A stretch of DNA of 64,000 bases from a virus: IMG/VR virus record IMGVR_UViG_3300005471_000011, positions 40,108 through 104,107 of that record, one strand, 5' to 3'. The notes below the pieces were generated by a model. It did no database searches. It was given only the letters and a program-made list of their open reading frames with translations, and had not been told where the DNA came from. Shown here piece after piece: positions 46,901 to 53,925 of this stretch. How positions within the stretch are numbered: the stretch's first letter is position 1; each line of letters opens with the position of its first letter. A program made the position numbers and the translations under genes.

Positions 46901-47870
46901 CAGGTTAGGCACGGATCGTTATGACTGGCCCCGACTAGGTTTGTCATGCGCGGCTTGGCAGGCGAGATTTGCCCTGTTCAGGATCGTCGTGTCGCGGCGG
47001 CGCAGGCAGCGAGGGTCTGGTCGATGCTCGGCAAGGTCCGTCACGGCAGGCCGGGCTAGGCAAGTCTGATTCTGACACGGCAGTTCCCGGCAGTCGCGGT
47101 TAGTCTTGCTGCGACCAGTTAGGGCAAGGCAGGCACGGCCCGTGCCTGGATCGTGCCATAACGAACCGCGTCGGAACACGAACCGCGGCAGGCCAGACTG
47201 GTCAGGGGACGGCTCGAAAGGCACGGCACGATCCGTCATGGTGTGGCAGGCACGGCTAGTCAGGACTGCGCACGATCCGTTTTGGTCCGGCAGGCGCGAC
47301 GCGACGTGATCTGTCTGGGAACGTCGTGACGAGGTCTGGCAGGTACGTCTGGTTGGGGCGCGATCCGTCATGGTATGGCGCGGCAGGCTAGGCACGGCAG
47401 GACGCGGCAGGGCGCGACGCGGATGATCCCGGCAGGCAAGGTGTGTCGAGGCGAGGTTGATCGCGGTAAGATCGTGGCAGGCGAGGCATGTCCGGTCAGC
47501 GACTGGCATGCTGAGGCGGGTCGCGGCAGGGCGGCTTGGCAGGCGTGTTTTGGTCAGCCTCGGTGTGGCTTGCTTTGGCAGGCGCGGTTAGACTGGTTTC
47601 GTCGCGACTAGGCACGGCAGGCACGTCTTGACTAGGCTGGGAGCTGTAGGTCGCGTTTTGGCTGGGCAGGCAGGTCTCTGCATGGTCCGGACGGAAAGGC
47701 TCGGCTCGGCAGGCACGCAATGTCACGGCACTGCGAGGTCAGCTATGGCGCGGAAGGGCAGGCATGTCACGAACCGTCAGCGCCCGGTTTGGCGAGTCGG
47801 GTCGCGGCAGGTTAGTCCAGTCAAGGACAGGTCAGGCATGCTTCGGTTCGGCAGGCAAGGCGTGGCATGA
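46899..47870 (+). repeat. array 2: GGCA-anchored pentamer (GDY-NN) repeat array, putative guide-RNA array
   Basis: 21 anchors (some variant) at 46899,46957,47001,47045,47089,47128,47187,47245,47289,47338,47382,47431,47476,47538,47577,47616,47665,47708,47757,47806,47850; 15 of 20 spacings equal 4+5n. Confidence 0.9.
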
Positions 47871-47894
47871 AAGTCCTGCCGATGAAAGGAAATC

Positions 47895-48740
47895 ATGAAC
47901 TGGAAATCTCCGCCGGCAGACCAGTCTAAAGTCTGGCTGAACAAGTCTTTAGAAATTCAGATATTACTCGCGTGCAACTGGTCGTGTGTTAGTTGCGATC
48001 AGTTCAGCCAGTTCTCTAAGTTCGCCTGGGTCAAGAAGGGCACGATGAGTTTGGAGCAGATCGCGCACTTCTGCGCCGAGATGCGCGCCGGCAATTTCTA
48101 CTTCGGTCGGATTCGGCTGGTCGGAGGTGAGCCGACGATCCATCCTCGCTTCGGAGAGATCGTCGGCATGCTTCGCGAGGAGTTGATCGACAACGGCCAC
48201 GTAGCGGTCCTGGAGGTTGTCACCAACGGTTCGCACCCGGAGAAGATCAAGCCGGTGGCGCACCTGATCAACCGCGTGCGCGTCAGTGATGATAACGACA
48301 AGCAAAAACATCACACGGCGAACCTGATTGCCACGCCGGCATCACTTGGCTACCAAGGAAAGCGGTGCAACCAGCCGGAGCATTGCGGCTGGTCTTTGAG
48401 CTATTATGGGTTTGCGCCTTGCAGCTCTGCCGGTGGAATCATGCGGCTGCGCGACCTGATGTCAGAGCACCAGCGAACCAGCCTTCCGCAGGTCAAAGGC
48501 ACCGAGGCCAACTGGCCGAAGTTGCAGAATCTTTGCGACCAGTGCTACCATGCATTGCGTAGCGAGGACAAAATCAAGTCCGGCACGTCGGACCCATCCA
48601 GGAACATGCCCAGCGAAGAAGCTGCAGTCCACGTCAACAAGTGGGCGGGCGGTCACAAGCCCGACTGGAAAATCTACGGGCAGGAAGCCAATGAAAATCC
48701 CGCTCATGGCGACGCGCTACGACCTGCCGGCGCTGTTTGA
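47895..48740 (+). CDS. radical SAM protein
   Basis: CNWSCVSC (CxxxCxxC), GGEPTIHP, VTNG; C-terminal Cys cluster. Confidence 0.85.
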   Translation: MNWKSPPADQSKVWLNKSLEIQILLACNWSCVSCDQFSQFSKFAWVKKGTMSLEQIAHFCAEMRAGNFYFGRIRLVGGEPTIHPRFGEIVGMLREELIDNGHVAVLEVVTNGSHPEKIKPVAHLINRVRVSDDNDKQKHHTANLIATPASLGYQGKRCNQPEHCGWSLSYYGFAPCSSAGGIMRLRDLMSEHQRTSLPQVKGTEANWPKLQNLCDQCYHALRSEDKIKSGTSDPSRNMPSEEAAVHVNKWAGGHKPDWKIYGQEANENPAHGDALRPAGAV

Positions 48741-49215
48741 CGCGCTGAAGTACCGGGTCGGCGCGGAGATTGGCGTTGACCACGGCTATTTCTCACGGCA
48801 CCTGCTGGCATCGTCCAGGCTAGATCGTCTGTACTCCGTGGATTCCTGGCAGGGTAAGTTCGGCAAGTGCATCGCGGACGCCAAGCATTACCTCGCGGAG
48901 TTCGGGCATCGGTCGGAGATCATCCACCGCAGCGCGTCCCAGGCAGCGGCATCGCTGTCCGACAACAACGTGCGGCTGGACTTCGCGTATATTGACGCTT
49001 CCCATCGGGAGCAATCGGTAGCATTGGACATGCAGGACTGGGCACCGTTGGTCAAGCCGGGCGGGTGCCTGTGCGGGCATGACTACTGCGACCAGCCTAT
49101 GACTGGGGTAATCCAGGCGGTGGACGGATTCGCGGCGGAGCGTGGGTTGCCGGTGTTCGTCACTTCCGAGCCGTGGGCGTCATGGCTAATCTTTATGCCG
49201 GAGCAAGCAGCATGA
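48691..49215 (+). CDS. class I SAM methyltransferase (Methyltransf_24-like; paralogue of 43977)
   Basis: AEIGV..G.FS, SVDSW, LDFAYIDASH, GG.LCGHDY. Confidence 0.85.
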   Translation: MKIPLMATRYDLPALFDALKYRVGAEIGVDHGYFSRHLLASSRLDRLYSVDSWQGKFGKCIADAKHYLAEFGHRSEIIHRSASQAAASLSDNNVRLDFAYIDASHREQSVALDMQDWAPLVKPGGCLCGHDYCDQPMTGVIQAVDGFAAERGLPVFVTSEPWASWLIFMPEQAA

Positions 49216-49970
49216 GCATCACCGTCGTTCGCGCCCTCTGGGGCGATATGGAAATGGTCACGCACGCCAAGGCGCAGACCGACGTCCGCGCGTGCCTGGA
49301 GCGCAATCAAGACCTTGGCGCGCCGCTCAAGGTGTTCTGCTTCGGGCAGAAGAACCTCCAGTTCCTCAACCGCTTCGGCGTGTCGGCAACGATGCTGGAC
49401 ACGAACCCCGTCGTGGATTGGAACAAGACGAAAGCGCGATCCACGCTGGACCAGGGGCGCGTCAACTACGGGCTGTCCCAGTGGCGCCACAAGCTGGAGG
49501 CGGTCCTCGCTGGGCTCGCCGGCAGCCCTGGCGGCGTCATCTGGCTGGACTGGGATACCGTGGTCAATAAGCCAATCGACGCGGCGCTGCTCTCGTCCCT
49601 CGCTTCCGGTCCTCGCTTCCAGGGACGCATGCGGCAATATCACACGCCGCATGCTCCCTGGCGAGAGGCGGAGTTCGGCGTGCGCCGCGTCTATCACGGC
49701 GGCTGCTGGTATGTGCGAGATCCCCAGGTCATTCACAAGGCAATCGGCGTCCAGGCGAAGCGCTACCCGAAAATGCCAGACGAGACGGCGCTCTCATGGT
49801 ACGTGGACTACAAAATGCTCGACGGTCCCAAGCTTCCCGAAGCGCACCGGGAAGCCAAGATCGACAATCCGCTGCTGTACTCGACCAAGGAGAACGTGAT
49901 CCCGTCAGATGCCAAGCCGTATTTTTCCGAGGGCGCTGTCCGGCACGTCGGAAGGGAAAAGAAGCGGTAG
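49212..49970 (+). CDS. putative glycosyltransferase
   Basis: VIWLDWD (DxD), GG..Y, DE.A motif; glyco-cluster context. Confidence 0.55.
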   Translation: MSITVVRALWGDMEMVTHAKAQTDVRACLERNQDLGAPLKVFCFGQKNLQFLNRFGVSATMLDTNPVVDWNKTKARSTLDQGRVNYGLSQWRHKLEAVLAGLAGSPGGVIWLDWDTVVNKPIDAALLSSLASGPRFQGRMRQYHTPHAPWREAEFGVRRVYHGGCWYVRDPQVIHKAIGVQAKRYPKMPDETALSWYVDYKMLDGPKLPEAHREAKIDNPLLYSTKENVIPSDAKPYFSEGAVRHVGREKKR

Positions 49971-50717
49971 ATGAAACCACGATTCGAGCAGCTTGAAAAG
50001 CGCGACACGCCGGCGACTCTGTTCCTCGACTTCAACGGCAACGTAGAGGCCGATTGGGGCCAATGGCACAACATCCAGACGCCTGCCTTCCAAGGGGACG
50101 CGGCGAAAGTCACTGCGCTGGTTGCCCAGGACTTCGCCCGGTTCAATATTGATGTCGTAGCGGGCGAGGGTCAGCGGATCGAGGGCCAGACCATGACCGT
50201 GGTTGTCGGCGGCGTCTGGCAGGACTGGTATGGCTACTACGCGGGAGGAACAGCATCGCATGGGGCATTCCTGAATACGAATCCCAGCGTGGCCTTTGTT
50301 TTCAGCAACTCTCTTGGCAACATGACCACCTTGGTCGCCTGCGCGATCGCTCACGAGACTGGGCACTTGCTCGGCTTGAATCATCAAGCAGCATCGGGCT
50401 ACATCATGAGCGTCTATGCCAGCAGTTCCCAGAAGTGGGCTGAGGGTGAGATCACCACGATTGGCGACCAGTTGGGTTTTGATTCCGACTACGTTGCACC
50501 AGCTCCTTTGATCATGCTGACCGTGCAGCCGAAGCTCGCCGGCTACCGCAAGTGGGAATGGCGAGTCGAGGCTAATCGCCTGCCGGCGGGAACCTACGAG
50601 GTCAAAGCGACCTGGACAACAGCGCTGCCGAAAACGGTGCATGTTGTGGCTGGCAAGGTGCTCGTTATCCGGCTCGCGGCGAAAGTTGCAGGGCCGATAT
50701 TGTTGCGGAAGATTTAG
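49971..50717 (+). CDS. metzincin zinc metalloprotease with planctomycete-type LExR export signal
   Basis: N-terminus MKPRFEQLEKRDTPA; LFLDFNG; HETGHLLGLNH zinc motif; Met-turn IMS. Confidence 0.8.
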   Translation: MKPRFEQLEKRDTPATLFLDFNGNVEADWGQWHNIQTPAFQGDAAKVTALVAQDFARFNIDVVAGEGQRIEGQTMTVVVGGVWQDWYGYYAGGTASHGAFLNTNPSVAFVFSNSLGNMTTLVACAIAHETGHLLGLNHQAASGYIMSVYASSSQKWAEGEITTIGDQLGFDSDYVAPAPLIMLTVQPKLAGYRKWEWRVEANRLPAGTYEVKATWTTALPKTVHVVAGKVLVIRLAAKVAGPILLRKI

Positions 50718-50733
50718 ACACAAGGGAAAGATA

Positions 50734-51261
50734 ATGAACGCCATAATGATTGACCCAAAGCGGATATGGAAAACGTCAGACTTGGATTACTGCGTTGCCG
50801 AGGAATTGTTCGGCTGGAAGTGGCTCGCATATCTCGGAATTCCGGTAAGGGACACGCCGGGCTATCCGAACAAGGTTCTTGTGCGTCAGTTTTTCAGCCC
50901 CGGCATCGAGGCCAATAAGCATTGGCTGGACTACTTCGCGCATAAAGGAGGAGGATTTCAGCCAGCAACCGGCGATGAGCCACTGAGTTATCGGTATTGC
51001 TCCTCGCAGGGACCGGAGATGGTTCCGTATTTTAGCGGCCACCAAGAGGCGATGAGGGCGATGGAGGAGGAGTTGGACCGCCGCAATCTGTTTGACGATT
51101 ACCAAAAGCATATTGCGGCGCAGCTTCGATGCCTCAATGACGACGAAACATTCGACGTGAAAAAAGTTAGGAACGCTGATTGCGAAACGCGATGCATCGC
51201 AGCGCTGGCAGCGGTCGGCAGTAAGTATGTGACGCAGAATCCACCAGACGACGCGGCTTAA
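50734..51261 (+). CDS. phage ABA-sandwich-like hypothetical protein
   Basis: LD..VAEELFGWKW...P.FS...RCIAAL.AV; related to the 55370 ORF. Confidence 0.5.
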   Translation: MNAIMIDPKRIWKTSDLDYCVAEELFGWKWLAYLGIPVRDTPGYPNKVLVRQFFSPGIEANKHWLDYFAHKGGGFQPATGDEPLSYRYCSSQGPEMVPYFSGHQEAMRAMEEELDRRNLFDDYQKHIAAQLRCLNDDETFDVKKVRNADCETRCIAALAAVGSKYVTQNPPDDAA

Positions 51262-51267
51262 CAAATC

Positions 51268-51801
51268 ATGGAAGGTGCGACTAGAGAAGCGGTAATGGAT
51301 CATCCGCCAGTCCGAGATAATTGGTTTCAAGCCGTCCGTAGAGCCTTCAGCGCGCAGGTCAAGCCGTTTGCCGGCAAGCCGATCACCTACGTCGAAACGG
51401 GCTGCTGGTGCGGAGCCTCTGCGGAGTGGGTCTGCCAGAATCTGCTGACGCACCCAGATGCCTGCGGCTATGGCATCGACCCGTGGGTATCGATGGGCGG
51501 CAAGCACGACCAGAAACGCATGGATGAGATCGCGGCGTATGCTGACTTCGTGCTGGCGTTCCCGCATTTGAAGGTCGGGTCACTGGTCATCTGGGACGAC
51601 TACGGTATCGCGCTGCGCAAGCCGGACCATCCGATCCCTGACGTAGCGGCGGCGGTGGAGTCGATCATGCACTCATTCAAGATATTCCTGGAGCAGACCG
51701 GGCAGGGCAAGCAGTTCTACGCGCGAGTGGTGCGCAAACCGGAGCTGGGGCGGTATATTGGTCCCGAAGAAATTCTGCAAGGAGCACGCGATGCCGGTTG
51801 A
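51268..51801 (+). CDS. methyltransferase, apparently internally deleted
   Basis: YVETGCWCGAS, GIDPW and LKVGSLVIWDDY present; central IDGxH motif absent. Confidence 0.55.
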   Translation: MEGATREAVMDHPPVRDNWFQAVRRAFSAQVKPFAGKPITYVETGCWCGASAEWVCQNLLTHPDACGYGIDPWVSMGGKHDQKRMDEIAAYADFVLAFPHLKVGSLVIWDDYGIALRKPDHPIPDVAAAVESIMHSFKIFLEQTGQGKQFYARVVRKPELGRYIGPEEILQGARDAG

Positions 51802-52516
51802 AGTGCCGCCGCTGGAGTTGACGCCCGGCGAGTATTCTTACTCCCACGATTGGTTCGAGCGGGACTACGGCTCCAAGCCGCACCTGAAGCGAGAAAGCAC
51901 TCGGCAGCTCTACGAGCGGCTGCTGCTGCCGCAGAAGAACAAGATTCGCCGGATACTTGAAATAGGAATTTCCGAGGGCCGCAGCGTCGTCTGGTTCCTG
52001 CAAACAATGCAACCAACTGAATGGCTGGGAATCGATCCTTGGTTACCGGGGCGTTGGGAAACTTATCAGCCGGAGCATCGGCGCCGAAGGTTCTGGCACA
52101 ACATGGGCGTTCTTGCTGGGGTCCAAGAACTCGTTGGCTTTCCACGCAAGGCAGATTACGGACTGCCTCGCGAAACATTCCGGCTACTCGATTGCCACTG
52201 CGCCGTCGCCTGGGCGAGGAGCCAGGAATATCTTCAGCACCAATACATACAGGACTACGGCAAGGAGAAATTCGACCTGGTCATTATCGACGGATTACAT
52301 CATGGATGGGGGGCGCTTACAGACGCGGTGCTCTCGTTCGGCATCCTGCGCAACGGCGGGTTGATCATCTTTGACGACACCCATCGTCGTTGGCAGCACG
52401 GCAAGGCGCACGTCCACGAGGCGGTCAACGGCTTTCACATGGGCTTTGAAGGATGGGTGAGACGCGAATTCGAGAACGGCCGACAAACTTGGCTGCGTAA
52501 AATCAGGGATACGTAA
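51791..52516 (+). CDS. class I SAM methyltransferase (Methyltransf_24-like)
   Basis: ILEIG..EGRS, GIDPW, FDLVIIDGLH, GGLIIFDD. Confidence 0.85.
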   Translation: MPVEVPPLELTPGEYSYSHDWFERDYGSKPHLKRESTRQLYERLLLPQKNKIRRILEIGISEGRSVVWFLQTMQPTEWLGIDPWLPGRWETYQPEHRRRRFWHNMGVLAGVQELVGFPRKADYGLPRETFRLLDCHCAVAWARSQEYLQHQYIQDYGKEKFDLVIIDGLHHGWGALTDAVLSFGILRNGGLIIFDDTHRRWQHGKAHVHEAVNGFHMGFEGWVRREFENGRQTWLRKIRDT

Positions 52517-52517
52517 A

Positions 52518-52796
52518 ATGCGGCTCGACGTCAGCACGGAAACAAAAATCACCCGCTGGCAAAAAGGACGAAAGAGAACCGCTTGCGTCTTGCCGCCGGG
52601 ATATCGGGTGATCATCCGCGCGCCGAAACCGCTGTTTTTATGGGCGAGCACGCACGACGTTTGTTTCACACGGCTCCAGGATGCGCAGCGTGCCAAGGCT
52701 GCGCTGGAGCAAGCGGGTCTGGTCACATTTCAGGCGCTGATGAAAGCGGGACCGGAGAAGGTGCGGCAGATCATGCTTGAGGCAATGGCGTGGTAG
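52518..52796 (+). CDS. hypothetical protein
   Basis: 92-aa ORF closing the operon before the tRNA promoter. Confidence 0.45.
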   Translation: MRLDVSTETKITRWQKGRKRTACVLPPGYRVIIRAPKPLFLWASTHDVCFTRLQDAQRAKAALEQAGLVTFQALMKAGPEKVRQIMLEAMAW

Positions 52797-52813
52797 CTCC
52801 TTGCGCCCCCCTG

Positions 52814-52841
52814 TTGACAAACCGGCACGGGCGGTTAAATT
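52814..52841 (+). promoter_or_regulatory. sigma70-type promoter upstream of the tRNA
   Basis: TTGACA-16 bp-TAAATT. Confidence 0.55.
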
Positions 52842-52847
52842 GGTCGC

Positions 52848-52921
52848 CGTGGGGTGGAGCAGCCCGGTAGCTCGCGAGGCTCATACCCTCGAGGACGGCG
52901 GTTCAAATCCGCTCCCCACAA
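52848..52921 (+). tRNA. tRNA-fMet (initiator, anticodon CAT), CCA not encoded
   Basis: Cloverleaf: acceptor CGTGGGG/CCCCACA with C1:A72 mismatch, D-stem GAGC/GCTC, anticodon stem CGAGG/CCTCG with CAT at 52882-52884, GTTCAAAT T-loop. Confidence 0.95.
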
Positions 52922-53169
52922 CTTGCCGCGATCTCCCGCGGATAATCACGTCCAGGAGACAAACGAGCCAATAGACAAAATTCGAGCGCTGGCCCGGTCT
53001 GTGGGTAGTCAATCCCGCAGTCATCCACTTGCGAATATCAGCGGCCTTCTTTGGCCCACCTGGACGGACGTCGTAGGGGAGAGGGAGAGCTGGGCCGGTG
53101 CTCGTTTTGCGCGCAGAGCCAGCGAAGCCTCACGCGAGCTTTGAGCCACGGACTGAAGGAACGACGGCT

Positions 53170-53925
53170 ATGGACGTCGGTGAGCGCCAGGCTGGCGCAG
53201 ACGGTAGGCGATTCGTAATCATCGGCATGGACGCTTTTAAGGCGATCAGCCAAGTCGGCCATTCAGGATTCTGCGTGCTGGCAGCGCTCAACTCTTATGC
53301 GGACCAGCACGGCCGCTGCTGGCCTTCCCTGGAGCGATTGGCAGCCTTGACGTGCCTGAAAAAGCGGGCGGTCCAGAACGCTCTTGGAAAGCTCAGGAAA
53401 GCCGGTCTGGTGTCCTGGAAGCCGCATTATACCGGCAATCTAACCCAGACTTCCAATCACTACTTAATCGCGGTCAATGCCCTACCGTTGGTAGGGCGCA
53501 CCAAAATGCGCGGGGAGGGCGCACCGGAGTGCGCGGGGAGGGCGCACCAAAATGCGCCCGAACTAGACCAGGGTGAACTAGACCAGGGTGAACTAGAAGT
53601 GATTGACCATGTAAATGTCTTTGTTTCTTGTGAAGACTGGCAAGCGAAATTTAATGAATTCGTTTCCATGCTGCCGCGTCGCGCCGCGCCGGAGGACCGG
53701 GCGTTTGTTGGCCAGCTTGCGTGGCTGCTGAAATCTGGGGCCAATATCTGGCCGAAGATCCGTGACGCATTCGCCGGTGTCAAAGCGTGCCGGCCAAGGC
53801 ACCCGGTCGCCTATCTGCGGACGATCCTCAACGGCACGGTCGGTGAGGAGACGCTGAAGGCAATGCTGCGCCGAGCGCCGAGCTATGACGAATCCCGACG
53901 TCAACTTAAAGGAGCAGTCGCCTGA
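53170..53925 (+). CDS. phage replication initiator (N-terminal winged HTH)
   Basis: L.SYAD..G.CWPS.ERLA...L.KRAVQ.AL..L...GLV; internal iterons; directly upstream of dnaB. Confidence 0.75.
   Translation: MDVGERQAGADGRRFVIIGMDAFKAISQVGHSGFCVLAALNSYADQHGRCWPSLERLAALTCLKKRAVQNALGKLRKAGLVSWKPHYTGNLTQTSNHYLIAVNALPLVGRTKMRGEGAPECAGRAHQNAPELDQGELDQGELEVIDHVNVFVSCEDWQAKFNEFVSMLPRRAAPEDRAFVGQLAWLLKSGANIWPKIRDAFAGVKACRPRHPVAYLRTILNGTVGEETLKAMLRRAPSYDESRRQLKGAVA
53493..53597 (+). repeat. iteron-like repeats (putative replication origin)
   Basis: Three copies (third truncated) of a 23-bp unit AGGGCGCACC(AAAA/GGAG)TGCGCGGGG at 53493, 53516, 53539; about 2.5 copies of 15-bp GAACTAGACCAGGGT at 53560-53597. 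Confidence 0.75.

Noticed and set aside
45447-47870. Canonical CRISPR array
   Set aside because: The constant element is only about 7 nt, there is no 23-47-nt direct repeat, the intervening sequence is itself 5-nt periodic, and no cas1/cas2 is present.
45328-47870. ORFs inside the arrays (e.g. 45606-46403 +, 46919-47509 -)
   Set aside because: Low-complexity R/Q/A/G products with recurring RQA arise from the GGCAGGC motif. A 5-nt period is incompatible with codon structure, and there is no clear RBS.
45447-47870. Neutral microsatellite or TIGR-type array
   Set aside because: Units are all different while keeping register, unlike slippage satellites. No alternating edge/loop repeats, box C/D-like motifs or Nop-domain protein were seen.
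52848-52921. tRNA as prophage attachment site
   Set aside because: Phage genes continue on both sides, and no integrase or duplicated tRNA 3' end was seen in the window.
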